Below are positions 18,337-28,700 of a stretch of 64,000 bases of DNA, one piece after another. Each line of letters starts with the position of its first letter. Positions within the stretch are counted from its first letter, which is position 1. The stretch is from an uncultured Solirubrobacteraceae bacterium (GTDB lineage Bacteria > Actinomycetota > Thermoleophilia > Solirubrobacterales > Solirubrobacteraceae): NCBI GenBank assembly GCA_963752865.1, contig CAVVZU010000002.1:1394941-1458940 (forward strand). Reading direction: 5' to 3'. The notes under the pieces were generated by a model that saw only the letters and a program-made list of their open reading frames with translations, ran no database searches and was not told where the DNA came from. A program made the translations under genes and the position numbers.

Positions 18337-18693
18337 TCAGTGCTTGGCGACCTCGCCGCCCTGCGGCGAAAGCGGTCGGCCCTCCCTGTCCCAGCGCACG
18401 AGCCCACCCACCATCGAGTACGCCTCAAAGCCAGCCGCGCGCAGTGCCTGCGCGGCCATCGTCGAGCGGGAGCCAGCACGGCAATAGAAGATCACCGGTC
18501 GCTCGTGCTCGATGCTGTCCGCCTCCGCCGTCAGACGCGCCAGCTCGATGTGCCGGCTGCCGGCGATGTATCCCGCATCACGCTCGTACTGCTCGCGCAC
18601 GTCGATCACCTGCGCCGACGGGCTCTCCGTCATCCAGCTCGCCACCCTCTCGGGCTCAACATCGATGCCGGCTGCGCTGTCTTGGGCGCTCAT
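18337..18693 (-). CDS. Rhodanese-like sulfurtransferase
   Basis: IDVREQYE, YCRAGSRS and GGLVRW motifs. Confidence 0.9.
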   Translation of the reverse strand: MSAQDSAAGIDVEPERVASWMTESPSAQVIDVREQYERDAGYIAGSRHIELARLTAEADSIEHERPVIFYCRAGSRSTMAAQALRAAGFEAYSMVGGLVRWDREGRPLSPQGGEVAKH

Positions 18694-18819
18694 TCACATG
18701 AGCCTACCGCTCGTACGCCACGCGAACGCGACCGCCGGCCACCACGGCCGTCGCACCAACCCGGCGAGCCCGCGTGCCGCACTGCGCGAAACAGCTCATC
18801 CATCACTAGGATCAGCGGC

Positions 18820-19965
18820 ATGGAGCTAGTCAGCGACGTTTACACAATCCCCCAGGAGCACCTCGACTTCTGCGAGACCATCGGCCAGATCGCCCGCGAG
18901 AGGATCGCACCGCGCTCCGCCGAGATCGACGAGCAGGCCGAATACCCATGGGATGTCCGCAAAGTGCTCGCCGAGCAGGACATCCTCGGGCTGCCGTTTC
19001 CCACCGAGTACGGCGGCACCGGCACCGGCACGCTGATGCTCAACATGGCCGTCGAGGAGATCGCCAAGGTGGACGCATCCTGTGCGCTGATCCTGATGAT
19101 CCAGGAGCTCGGCACGCTGCCCATCCAGCTGTTCGGCTCAGATGAGCTCAAGCAGCGCTTCCTGCCCAAGTGCGCCAGCGGCGAATGGTCGCCCGCGTTC
19201 GCGCTGTCCGAGCCAGAGGCCGGCTCCGACCCAGCCGGCATGAAAACCACAGCCGTCCAGGACGGCGATGAGTGGGTCATCAACGGCACCAAGAACTGGA
19301 TCTCCAACCTCGGCGTCGCCGACTTCTACATCTGCTTCGCCGTCACCGACCGCGAGAGCCGGCGTATGACCGCGTTCGTCGTCGAGGCCGACCGTCCCGG
19401 CTTCAGTGTGGGCAAGCTCGAGCACAAGCTCGGCATCCGTGCCTCACCCACCGGCCAGCCGATCTTCGAGGACGTGCGCGTGCCAGCCGAGAACATCATC
19501 GGGCAAGTCGGCAAGGGTCTGTCCGTCGCGCTCGGCACGCTCGAGCGCACCCGCCTCGGCGCCGCCGCACAGGCTGTCGGCATCGCCCGGGGCGCCACCG
19601 ACTACGCCGTCGCCTACGCCCGCGAGCGCCAGCAGTTCGGAAAGCCCATCAACGAGTTCCAGGGAATCCAGTTCAAGCTCGCCGATATGGAAACAAGTAC
19701 GGCCGCTGCTCGCGAGCTGCTCTACAAGGCATGTGCAATGGCCGATCAGGGCCATCCTGCACGCGCCAAGTACTCATCCATGGCGAAGGTCTTCTGCTCT
19801 GACACCGCCATGGCCGTGACCGTCGAGGCCGTCCAGGTCCTCGGGGGGTACGGTTACGTCAAGGAGTACCCAGTGGAGCGCATGATGCGAGACGCCAAGA
19901 TCACCCAGATATACGAGGGCACCAACGAGATCCAGCGTCTCGTCATCGCCCGCACGCTGAAATAA
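18820..19965 (+). CDS. Acyl-CoA dehydrogenase
   Basis: LSEPEAGSD, NGTKNWISN, KLGIRAS, RQQFGKPI, GGYGY and IYEGTNEIQR motifs. TAGGAT -10 element 7 nt upstream. Confidence 0.95.
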   Translation: MELVSDVYTIPQEHLDFCETIGQIARERIAPRSAEIDEQAEYPWDVRKVLAEQDILGLPFPTEYGGTGTGTLMLNMAVEEIAKVDASCALILMIQELGTLPIQLFGSDELKQRFLPKCASGEWSPAFALSEPEAGSDPAGMKTTAVQDGDEWVINGTKNWISNLGVADFYICFAVTDRESRRMTAFVVEADRPGFSVGKLEHKLGIRASPTGQPIFEDVRVPAENIIGQVGKGLSVALGTLERTRLGAAAQAVGIARGATDYAVAYARERQQFGKPINEFQGIQFKLADMETSTAAARELLYKACAMADQGHPARAKYSSMAKVFCSDTAMAVTVEAVQVLGGYGYVKEYPVERMMRDAKITQIYEGTNEIQRLVIARTLK

Positions 19966-19984
19966 GAGCGGGGCTCGGGATCTC

Positions 19985-20638
19985 ATGGCGATGCGCGAGC
20001 CCCAATCTCCCCGACAGTCTCAGTTCCGGCGCGTCGGCGTGGCAGCGCTCATCGCCATGTCAGTCGGCCTGGTCGTGCTCGTCGTCGGGCAGGGCTTCAG
20101 CTCGATCGGCGTCGTCAGGGCGCTCGAGGACGTAGCACTCGGCGTCATCGTCGCCGCCGCGCTGATGGGCAGTGTGGCGTTCGTCGCCGTACACATGGCC
20201 GGCTGGCATGACCCCGAGTCCGAGAGTGAGTTCGAAGAGATCGTCCGCCACTCCGAACACCTTGCTCGCGAAGGGCTCGTCGTCGACCCAGACGAAAACG
20301 ACTTCATGGAGCTCGACCCGCTCAACGACAGCGACTTCGAGGAGCTCGTCCGCGACGCGCTCGACGATCTCCCCGACCTGCTGCGAAACGCCCTCGCCCA
20401 CGTCGCCGTGGTGATCTCCGACGGCGGTCGCCGCCGCGGCGCCTACGGCCTCTACCAGGGCGACGGCGCCACCCGCGACAACACCCACGATCGCATCGTC
20501 ATCTTCCGCGACACGCTGCGCCGCGACTTCGGCCACGACCCCGAGCTGCTGCGCGACCAGGTGACCCGCACGGTCCGCCACGAGCTCGCCCACCACGTCG
20601 GCTTCGACGAGCTCGGCGTTAGCCGCTTGGACTTGTAG
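19985..20638 (+). CDS. Zincin-like metallopeptidase family protein with N-terminal TM helices
   Basis: LDDLP, YGLYQG, RIVIFR and HELAHHVG (HExxH) motifs. Confidence 0.82.
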   Translation: MAMREPQSPRQSQFRRVGVAALIAMSVGLVVLVVGQGFSSIGVVRALEDVALGVIVAAALMGSVAFVAVHMAGWHDPESESEFEEIVRHSEHLAREGLVVDPDENDFMELDPLNDSDFEELVRDALDDLPDLLRNALAHVAVVISDGGRRRGAYGLYQGDGATRDNTHDRIVIFRDTLRRDFGHDPELLRDQVTRTVRHELAHHVGFDELGVSRLDL

Positions 20639-20659
20639 CACCCGGTGTACCCTGTGGTC

Positions 20660-21680
20660 ATGGCGATGTCGGCTCAGCGACCGATGTCCAGCGCAGGCAG
20701 GCCCAGTCGGAGCGGTGCTCCGCAGGGGCGGCTCCCCGACTTCTTCATCGTCGGCCACGGCAAGTGCGGCACCACCGCGCTGCACCAGATGCTCATTCGT
20801 CACCCGCAGATCCACATGCCGGTGAAGGAGCCGCGCTACTTCGCCCCCGACCGGCGTACCCGCTACTGGCGCCCCGCGTCGAGCATGCGCAAGCACCCGA
20901 CCACGCTCGACGGCTATCTCGCGCTGTTCGCCGGCGCGCGTCCAAACCAGCGGATCGGCGAGGCCACGCCCACCTACCTGCGCTCCACGCTCGCCGCGAA
21001 CAACATCGCATCGGTCGCAGCCGGATGCGCGGATCATCGCCATCCTGCGCGAGCCGGCAAGCCTCTTGCGCTCCGTGCACCTGCAAGCCGTGCGCAACTA
21101 CGACGAGACCGAGAAGGACTTCCGCAAGGCGATCGCCCTCGAGACTCGAGGCGCGAAGGCAGGAGCATCCCGCGCCTGTCCCAATTCCCCCAGGTCGCTG
21201 ATGTACTCCGAGCTGATCCGCTACGTCGAGCAGCTGCGCCGCTATCACGCTGTCTTCCCACCGGAGCAGGTGCTCGTGCTGATCTACGACGACTTCCGCG
21301 CCGACAACGAGGGCACCGTCCGTCGGGTGCTCCGCTTCCTCGACGTCGACGACACGCTGCCGGTCCCGCCCGTCGAGCTCGACACGCTGCGCACCCCGCG
21401 TTACGTGTGGCTGGATCAGGTGATGCGAGCGTCAGCGATGGTGCGCCGCACCCCACCTGGAGCGAAGCTCGCCAAATCCCTGGCTGCGCTCGCACCGCCC
21501 CCGCTGCGCGACAGCGCCACCCGCGCGGAGATCGCCAGGCGGATTCGCTACATCGACACGCCGCCGCCGGATCAGCAGCTGATGCTCGAGCTGCGTCGCC
21601 GCTTCAAGCCCGAAGTCAAGGCCACCAGTGAATATCTCGGGCGCGATTTGGTGGCTCTCTGGGGCTATGACAGCATATAG
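20660..21680 (+). pseudogene. Sulfotransferase, frameshifted (about three indels, likely sequencing error)
   Basis: PDFFIVGHGKCGTT in one frame and RIIAILREP..WGYD in another. Frame switches near 21018, 21143 and 21195 relative to the intact paralogues. Confidence 0.8.
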
Positions 21681-21685
21681 CCGGC

Positions 21686-22669
21686 ATGGATGCACAAACA
21701 CAACCCAACGGCTCCAAGCGCGTCCCCGACTTCTTCATCGTCGGTCATCCCAAGAGCGGAACAACCGCGCTGTGGGACATGCTCAAGGGGCACCCGCAGA
21801 TCTACACGCCCGCCAACAAGGAGCCCTACTTCTTCGCCGATGAGCTGCACCCGCCGGCCGCCACGCCACGCAGCTTCGGCTGGACACCCGACACGCTCGA
21901 GGAATACCTGACGCTGTTCGAGCCCGCACTGCCGGAGCAGCGCACAGGGGAGGCATCGGCGCCATACCTATGGTCACGCACCGCCGCCCAGCGCATCGCC
22001 GAAGTGCAACCCGAGGCCCGCATCATCGCCATCCTGCGGGAGCCGTCGAGCTTCTTGTACTCACTGCACCTGCAGTTCGTGCAGATCTACATCGAGCCCG
22101 AGACCGACATGCGCAAGGCACTCGCGCTCGAGGGTGCAAGACGCGAAGGCAGGAGTCTGCCCGAGCATCTGTTCTGGGGGCCACAGGGCACGCTCTACTC
22201 GGATTACGTCCGCTACGTCGAGCAACTGCTCCGCTACCAGGCGCTGTTCCCGCCGGAGCAGATGCTCGTGCTCGTATATGACGATTACCGCAAGGACAAC
22301 GACGCGATCGTGCGCAGGGTGCAGCGGTTCCTCGGAGTCGACGACACCCATCCACTCAACGTCAGAGAGTCCAACCCCACCGTGCGTGTGCGCTCGCAGC
22401 GCCTGCACTCACTCATCCACGCTGTCGCTCAAGGGGAGGGTCCGCTGCCGCGGGCGGTGCAGAGCGCCGCCAAGACCGTGGGGCAGCGCGTGATCAGCCG
22501 TCAGCGGGCGATCGACATCAGAAACCGCTTCCTCTTCACTGCTCCCAGCGCCCCCGACCAGCAGCTGATGCTCGAGCTGCGCCGCCGCTTCAAGCCCGAG
22601 GTGGTCGCACTCAGTGAACATCTCGGGCGTGACCTCGTCACCCTCTGGGGCTATGACGATCTCAGCTGA
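21686..22669 (+). CDS. PAPS-dependent sulfotransferase
   Basis: PDFFIVGHPKSGTT (5'-PSB), KEP, GEASAPYL and IIAILREP (3'-PB) motifs. Confidence 0.9.
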   Translation: MDAQTQPNGSKRVPDFFIVGHPKSGTTALWDMLKGHPQIYTPANKEPYFFADELHPPAATPRSFGWTPDTLEEYLTLFEPALPEQRTGEASAPYLWSRTAAQRIAEVQPEARIIAILREPSSFLYSLHLQFVQIYIEPETDMRKALALEGARREGRSLPEHLFWGPQGTLYSDYVRYVEQLLRYQALFPPEQMLVLVYDDYRKDNDAIVRRVQRFLGVDDTHPLNVRESNPTVRVRSQRLHSLIHAVAQGEGPLPRAVQSAAKTVGQRVISRQRAIDIRNRFLFTAPSAPDQQLMLELRRRFKPEVVALSEHLGRDLVTLWGYDDLS

Positions 22670-23693
22670 CCAGGTCTCGGTCGTCGTACCCACCTACAAC
22701 GACCTCGGGCGCATCGGCGACGCGCTCACCTCGATCGTCGAGCAGACGTTGCCACCAGCCGAGATCGTCGTCTCCGACGATGCCTCCCCGGAAGATGTCG
22801 AGGGCCTCGTCCGCCGGTTCGCCGAGCGCTACTCGGGCAGCGTTCGGATTCGCTACGTCCGCCGGCCCTCCAACGGCGGAGACGCCGCCGCACGCAACGC
22901 CGGAATCGCCGCCGCCACAGGGGAGTGGATCGCCATCTGCGACTCCGACGACATCTGGGCTCCGACCAAGCTCGAGCGCCAAATCGGCTTCATCCGCGAT
23001 TGGGGCGCGGACACCCGCATCTCCTTGCTCGGCACTCACGGCTACAACGTCAACGATGCCAAGAAGGTCATCTCGCCGGCCATCATGGGACCCTCGAGCC
23101 TGGAGGACTACAACGCCATCAGAGCACGCGGCGGCCTGTTCTTCCTGATCCACTCCTCGATCCTCTTCTCCCGCGCCGACTACGACGCCGTCGGCGGCTA
23201 CACCACCGCCGAGTACGGCGCCGCCAACGAGTTCGACATGTTCTGCCGCATGGCCGAGCTGGGCGTCGTCATGAGCCTGCCCGAGCAGCTCGTCTACTAC
23301 CGCAAGCGTGCCGGCTCGATGCAGCTCGACCTCTTCTGGGAGCGCCATCGCAACGTCACCCGCCTATGGGCCAACCAGCGCCGCCGCGCCCGGGGCCAAG
23401 CGCCGCTCAGCAGGGAGGAGTTCGCCGCCCAGGAGGCATCCGCCTCGGCGCGGATTCGTCTGATCCGTCGCAAGCGGGTGTGGGGGATGTACTACTACCG
23501 AGCAGGGGCAACCGACATGGTCAACGGCCATCGCCTGCGTGGCAGCCTCGAGCTGGCGCTCGCCTCCGTGCTCGACGGAACGCGCTTTCGCGGCGGTCTG
23601 CGCAACCTCCGCCGCAGACGCCTGTCACGCGACGCCCGCGCCCGCCGCGCGCACGTCGCCGATGCGGCTCCAGATCCCGGCCCGGGAGCCTGA
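22653..23693 (+). CDS. GT2 glycosyltransferase
   Basis: SVVVPTYN, VSDDAS, ARNAG and CDSDD motifs. Confidence 0.9.
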   Translation: MTISADQVSVVVPTYNDLGRIGDALTSIVEQTLPPAEIVVSDDASPEDVEGLVRRFAERYSGSVRIRYVRRPSNGGDAAARNAGIAAATGEWIAICDSDDIWAPTKLERQIGFIRDWGADTRISLLGTHGYNVNDAKKVISPAIMGPSSLEDYNAIRARGGLFFLIHSSILFSRADYDAVGGYTTAEYGAANEFDMFCRMAELGVVMSLPEQLVYYRKRAGSMQLDLFWERHRNVTRLWANQRRRARGQAPLSREEFAAQEASASARIRLIRRKRVWGMYYYRAGATDMVNGHRLRGSLELALASVLDGTRFRGGLRNLRRRRLSRDARARRAHVADAAPDPGPGA

Positions 23694-23711
23694 GAGATAC
23701 TAAGTGGCGGA

Positions 23712-23745
23712 GATCACATAGCTGGACGCGCCGATCACATACGAT
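23712..23745 (+). promoter_or_regulatory. Direct repeat GATCACATA x2 (21-bp period) abutting a TACGAT -10 element upstream of the thiolase
   Basis: Copies at 23712-23720 and 23733-23741. TACGAT at 23740-23745. AAGGAG SD at 23821. Confidence 0.45.
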
Positions 23746-23836
23746 TGCCGTGCATCCTCATTTGCACGCGCCGCCTGCCAGCGATCCGTTGGCGCCCAAC
23801 CCACCGGCGCTCAACCTACCAAGGAGAGAGTCACAC

Positions 23837-25028
23837 ATGCCCGAAGCAGTGATCGTCGACGCCGTCCGCACGCCCATCGGGCGCGCCGTGAAGGGATCGC
23901 TCAAATCGGTCCGCGCCGACGACCTCGCCGCGGTGCCGCTGCGCGCGATCGTCGAGCGTAACCCGCAGCTCGACGCGAAATCGATCGTCGACGTGATGAT
24001 GGGCAACGCCGCCAACACCGGTGAGGCGGGCTACAACATCGGCCGCAACGCGGCATTGCTCGCGGGCCTCGACCACCACGTACCCGGCACGACCGTCAAC
24101 CGCTTCTGCGCGTCGTCGCTGCAGACCGCGCGGATGGCCTTCCACGCGATCAAGGCGGGCGAGGGCGACACCTACATAGCCGCCGGCGTCGAGGCTGTCT
24201 CGCGCGGCGGTGAAGGCGCGCCGTTTGAGTTCAACAAGGCAGCTCGATGGCTCCGAGGGCTCGCTCTACAACGTCTACATCCCCATGGGTCTCACCGCCG
24301 AGAACGTTGCCGACCGCTGCAAAGTCTCACGCGAGGCGCAGGACGAGTGGGCTGTGATCTCACAGAACCGCGCCGTGCAGGCACAGGAGTCAGGCCACTT
24401 CGACAAAGAGATCGTGCCCGTCACCGCTCCCGCGCACACCGTCACCGACAAGGAAGGCAACGAGGTCCAGGTCCCAGAGCAGGTCGTGACCAAGGACGAT
24501 GGCCCCCGCCCGGGTACGACGATCGAGAAGCTCGCCGCGCTGCCGCCTGCGTTCAAGCCCGACGGCAGCGTGACGGCCGGCAACGCCTGCCCGCTGAACG
24601 ATGGCGCAGCAGCGCTTCTGATCATGGCCGACGAGCGTGCCCGCGAGCTCGGTATGAAGCCCAAAGCCCGCATCATCGCCTCCACCGTGGTGGCGATTCG
24701 TCCTGAGATCATGGGCTTGGGGCCGATCCCCGCGATCCAGCAGCTGCTGAAGAACACCGGCATGACGATCGACGACATCGACGTGGTCGAGATCAACGAG
24801 GCGTTCGCCGCGCAGATCGTGCCCTGTAAAGAGGACCTCGGAATCCCCGACGAGAAGCTCAACCCGTTCGGCGGCGCGATCGCGCTCGGTCACCCCTTCG
24901 GCATGACCGGCGCGCGCATCATGACCACGCTGCTCAACGACCTGGAGACACTCGACGGGACCTACGGCATCGAGTCCATGTGTGTCGCCGGCGGGATGGG
25001 TATGGCGATGCTCGTGGAGCGGTTGTAG
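23837..25028 (+). pseudogene. Acetyl-CoA C-acyltransferase (thiolase), one frameshift near 24239 (likely sequencing error)
   Basis: VRTPIG and NRFCASS in one frame, then NEAFA, GHPFGMTG and CVAGGMG in the next. Removing one G from AAGGCAG gives FNKQLDG. Confidence 0.85.
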
Positions 25029-25058
25029 CGATTGAGTGCCGGGGCGCGGCGAGCCGGC

Positions 25059-26057
25059 TCAGCCGAGCTTGTCGTAGCCCCACAGGCTCACCAGATCGCG
25101 ATCGAGGTACTCGCCCAGCGCGATCACCTCTGGCTTGAAGCGCCGGCGCAGCTCCAGCATCAAGCTCTCATCGGGTGGCGGCGGCTCCGCCACCACCACA
25201 CGCCGCTGAATCGTGCCGATCGCCCCGTGTCGCAGCCGACGCGTCGTCACCATCTTGACCGCCGCCTTCGCCGCGCTGGAGATCGGGCCGCGGCCGGTTG
25301 AGACGGTGTGCACCAGGTCTTTGACCTGGTAGGAGCGCACCGTGCTCGAGGTCACGTTCGCGCTTATCAGGTCGAGGGGCACGTCCTCCTCGACCTCCAG
25401 GAAGCGCAGTATGCGGCGCACCGTCGCCTCGTTGTCCGTGAGGAAGTCGTCGTACACCAGCACCAGCAGCCGCTGTGGTGGGAAGTTAGCCTCGTATCTG
25501 CGCAGTTGCTCCATGTAGCGCACGTGCTCTGAGTACTGCAGCAGCTGCGGTCGATGCGAGCTCTGTGGAATGTGCTTGCCCTCGCGCCTGGCGGGCTCGA
25601 GCGCCATCGCCTTGCGCAGATCTTTGACCGTCTCGTTGCGGCCCTTCACGAACGTCAGGTGCAGCGAGCGCAGAAAGCTCGCCGGCTCACGGAAGATCGC
25701 GATGATGCGCGCGTCGGGTGCCAGCGCCGCAATGCTGTCTGCCGCGGTGCTCGACCACAGATATGTGGTGGTCGCCTCGCCGACACGCTGCTCCGGCCCA
25801 GCGGCGTCGAACAGCGCGAGGTATTCCTCCAGCGTCTTCGGGTAGCCCACCTCCCGTGGCCCGTCCGCGAACTGCGCCCGGGGGCGCATGTCGCTTGCGA
25901 GAAAGCGCGGCTCCTTGAGCTCCGGCATGTAGATCCGCGGGTGTGATCTGAGCGTTTTGTGCAGCGACGTCGTCCCGCACTTGGGTGCGCCGACGATGAA
26001 GAAGTCCGGCACCCTGCCGCGCGGCCCGTCGGGCGCGGCTGATGGCGCGGGGACCAT
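25059..26057 (-). CDS. PAPS-dependent sulfotransferase
   Basis: PDFFIVGAPKCGTT, KEP, IIAIFREP and C-terminal RDLVSLWGYD. Confidence 0.9.
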   Translation of the reverse strand: MVPAPSAAPDGPRGRVPDFFIVGAPKCGTTSLHKTLRSHPRIYMPELKEPRFLASDMRPRAQFADGPREVGYPKTLEEYLALFDAAGPEQRVGEATTTYLWSSTAADSIAALAPDARIIAIFREPASFLRSLHLTFVKGRNETVKDLRKAMALEPARREGKHIPQSSHRPQLLQYSEHVRYMEQLRRYEANFPPQRLLVLVYDDFLTDNEATVRRILRFLEVEEDVPLDLISANVTSSTVRSYQVKDLVHTVSTGRGPISSAAKAAVKMVTTRRLRHGAIGTIQRRVVVAEPPPPDESLMLELRRRFKPEVIALGEYLDRDLVSLWGYDKLG

Positions 26058-26064
26058 CGTGGGC

Positions 26065-26826
26065 TCAGCGGGGCGGCATCCGCAGCGCACCGTCGAGACG
26101 GATCGTCTCGCCGTTGAGCATGCGGTTCTCCACCAGCTGGCATGCAAGCTGCGCGTACTCCGCCGGCATGCCCAAACGCGCGGGAAACGGCACACCCGCG
26201 CCCAGTTTCTCTCGGGCCTCCTGCGGCAGCGCCGCCAAAAGTGGTGTGTCGAACAGGCCCGGGGCGATCGTGTTCACCCGGATCCCATACTGCGCGAGGT
26301 CGCGTGCCGCCGGCAGCGTCATCGCCACAACCCCACCCTTCGAGGCCGAATAAGCGATCTGCCCAACCTGGCCGTCGAACGCAGCAACCGAGGCTGTGTG
26401 CACGCACACGCCGCGTTCGCCGTCCTCCAGCGGCTCGTTGCCGATCATCGCATTCGACGCGAAGCGCAGCAGATTGAACGTGCCAATCAGGTTGATCGAG
26501 ATGATGATCTCGAACGGCATCAAAGGGTGCGGGCCCTTCGAGCTCGCAACCTTCTGCGCCCAGCCCGTGCCTGCACACGACACGGCGATGCGCAGGCCGC
26601 CACCCGTCTTCGCGGCCTGCTCCACAGCCGCCTGCACCTGGTCCTCCTCGCGCACGTCGCAGCTGATGAACTCGAGACCCAGCTCGCTCGCCAGCGCCTC
26701 GCCCTTCTCCGCGTTCACGTCCGCGATCGTCACGATCGCACCGCGCGCGTGAAGCGCACGCACCGTCGCCTCGCCCAGACCCGACGCGCCACCCGATACC
26801 AGTGCTCCGCTGCCCTCGATGTTCAT
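26065..26826 (-). CDS. SDR oxidoreductase, 3-hydroxyacyl-CoA dehydrogenase type II (HSD10-like)
   Basis: [21 protein letters not shown] and [13 protein letters not shown] motifs. TACCCT -10 element 7 nt upstream. Confidence 0.92.
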   Translation of the reverse strand: MNIEGSGALVSGGASGLGEATVRALHARGAIVTIADVNAEKGEALASELGLEFISCDVREEDQVQAAVEQAAKTGGGLRIAVSCAGTGWAQKVASSKGPHPLMPFEIIISINLIGTFNLLRFASNAMIGNEPLEDGERGVCVHTASVAAFDGQVGQIAYSASKGGVVAMTLPAARDLAQYGIRVNTIAPGLFDTPLLAALPQEAREKLGAGVPFPARLGMPAEYAQLACQLVENRMLNGETIRLDGALRMPPR

Positions 26827-26870
26827 GGGTGGGAGGGTATTCGATGCGGGCGGTGCCAGGCGGCGCCGAG

Positions 26871-27236
26871 TCACGGCAGATGAAGCACCCGGTTGCGCAG
26901 CGCGTCGTCATCGGTGTGACGGACCAGCAGCTCGGCTAACGTCTCCACCCAGCTCGGAATCGTGCTCTTGGTGCGGGGCATGATCGCGTCCAGCGTGAAG
27001 AGCATCCCGGCATGCTCCTCGCCGGCGGCAAGTAGCTGGTCGTGAATCGTCTGGAAGTCGGCGATGTCGTTCGTGACGATCGCCCGGCGCTCCACCGCCA
27101 TTGCGCGGACCAGGTCACGATCGCTGCGACTGACAAGATCGAGCCGGTCCTTCTTGACAGCCTGCACGTCGTACCCGCGATCTCGCAGCTCGCGTGCGAT
27201 ACGTGGGGAGATCATCTCGTCCAGAAGCAGATTCAC
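26871..27236 (-). CDS. DUF5615 PIN-like toxin (VapC45-like)
   Basis: LLLDEM, GYDV, SDRD and IVTND..DF PIN motifs. 4-nt overlap with the antitoxin. Confidence 0.82.
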   Translation of the reverse strand: MNLLLDEMISPRIARELRDRGYDVQAVKKDRLDLVSRSDRDLVRAMAVERRAIVTNDIADFQTIHDQLLAAGEEHAGMLFTLDAIMPRTKSTIPSWVETLAELLVRHTDDDALRNRVLHLP

Positions 27237-27658
27237 GCGAGAGCTTGCCGACGAAGCTCCCAACGTGTGCGCTCGCGCGCCGCGAGCGCCTCAGAGCGCT
27301 CGATCCATGCGTCGATCTCCTCGCGGTAGTCGACGTAGTAACGCAGACATGCCTCCACATGCTCGATTGGGATCTCGAGATAGTCAGCTGCCTCATCCAC
27401 TGAGTTGTCGTTCTGGTGGAGCGTCGTAACTACGTCCGCGACATCCAGGCGTGATCCCAGCAGCGCTGGTCTGCGGCCTGCAGTACCTTCGCGGAAGTAG
27501 ATCAGTGGGTGCTCGTCCTGGCGCAAGCCCTCCTCGATATAGCGCTCGGCGAGCGCCGTCTGCGGGGTATGCGCCTCCACAGCCCGCAGCTTGAGACGCT
27601 CAACCATGGCGGGGCTGAAGCGAAACGCAATGCTTTGCTTACTCGTTGATGAGGACAC
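27233..27658 (-). CDS. RHH-like plus DUF433 antitoxin
   Basis: N-terminal IAFRFS..L..RYIEEGLR and DUF433-like GRRPALLGSRLDVADV...VEACLRYY. Confidence 0.8.
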   Translation of the reverse strand: MSSSTSKQSIAFRFSPAMVERLKLRAVEAHTPQTALAERYIEEGLRQDEHPLIYFREGTAGRRPALLGSRLDVADVVTTLHQNDNSVDEAADYLEIPIEHVEACLRYYVDYREEIDAWIERSEALAARERTRWELRRQALA

Positions 27659-27700
27659 AGCCTAAGTATAGCGCCGTATTGCTACGTATTGCAAATTAGG
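27659..27700 (-). promoter_or_regulatory. Sigma-70 promoter of the TA operon (leaderless) with a direct-repeat operator
   Basis: TTGCAA (27689-27694), 18-nt spacer, TATACT (27665-27670), then 6 nt to GTG. GCAATACG x2 overlaps the -35 element and spacer. Confidence 0.72.
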
Positions 27701-28700
27701 CTACGAGGCGAGACAAGCTCAGCGCGAACAGCCCATCAGGGTCGGTGAGCCACCGTACGAGCTTGAGACCTGCTGCGGCGAGGTCACCCTGCAGGCGTTC
27801 GGGGGTGAACTTGGCGCTGATCTCCGTGCGCAGCTCCTCACCGACGTCGAAGTGCACCGGCAGGTCGAGGTCGCGCACGAGCGTGGTGTGCTCGCGGCGC
27901 GCGCGCAGGCGCATCTCGATCCACTCGTTCTCGGTGTCGAACAGCGCCACGTGGTCGAAGTCATCGGGGTCGAAGTCAGCGCGCAGCTCGCGGTTGAGCA
28001 CGCGCAGGACATTGCGGTTGAACTCCGCCGTGACGCCCTGCGCGTCGTCGTAAGCCGCCTCGAGCACGCTTGGATCCTTGACCAGATCGGTTCCCATCAG
28101 CAGGTAATCGGATGGCCCCAACAGCCTCGAGATCTGGCGCAGCACGCGGCGGCGGCTGCCCGGAGGGAAGTTGCCGATCGTGCCGCCGAGGAACGCCACT
28201 ATGCGCGGGCCCTCGGCCGGCGGGATGTGGTCGAGGTGGCGCTCGAAGTCGCCGATCACGCCGTGCACCCGCAGCCCCGGGTACTCACTGGTGAGCGCAT
28301 CCGCGCAGTCGCGCACCATGCTCTCCGTCACATCCACCGGGATGTAGCGCTCGAGCGTCCCGGCTGCCTGCAGCGCGTCGAGCAGCACGCGTGTCTTGGC
28401 GGCGGTGCCGGAGCCGAGCTCCACCAGCTCAACCGCGCCCGTCAACTGGGCGAGCTCATCTGAGCGTTCCTCCAGGATCGCGCGCTCGGTGCGCGTCGGG
28501 TAGTACTCGGGCAGGTCGCAGATCTGGTCGAACAGCTCCGCGCCGCGGGCGTCGTAGAAGTGCTTCGGTGGCAGCTCCTTGAACGGGCGGGTGAGCCCGT
28601 CGAGCACGTCATCCGCGAGTGAGCGTTCCTGCGAGCCATCCAGGTGCGAGTCGATGCGGATCGCCTCCACCAGCGGCTGCTGTGGCGTCGAGGGCTCCAT
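27696..28700 (-). CDS. egtD: L-histidine N-alpha-methyltransferase
   Basis: KELPPKHFYDARG, LPEYYPTRTE, ELGSG, FLGGTIGN, AYDDAQGVTAEFN and TEISAKF motifs. Confidence 0.96.
   Translation of the reverse strand: MEPSTPQQPLVEAIRIDSHLDGSQERSLADDVLDGLTRPFKELPPKHFYDARGAELFDQICDLPEYYPTRTERAILEERSDELAQLTGAVELVELGSGTAAKTRVLLDALQAAGTLERYIPVDVTESMVRDCADALTSEYPGLRVHGVIGDFERHLDHIPPAEGPRIVAFLGGTIGNFPPGSRRRVLRQISRLLGPSDYLLMGTDLVKDPSVLEAAYDDAQGVTAEFNRNVLRVLNRELRADFDPDDFDHVALFDTENEWIEMRLRARREHTTLVRDLDLPVHFDVGEELRTEISAKFTPERLQGDLAAAGLKLVRWLTDPDGLFALSLSRLVA

Noticed and set aside
24230-24245. Programmed frameshift in the thiolase
   Set aside because: No slippery heptamer or stimulatory structure is evident. A single extra G explains it, and similar indels occur elsewhere in the window.
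26871-27700. Mobile element carrying the TA pair
   Set aside because: No transposase, integrase, terminal repeats or target-site duplication could be identified. The CCTAA..TTAGG inverted pair only brackets the promoter.
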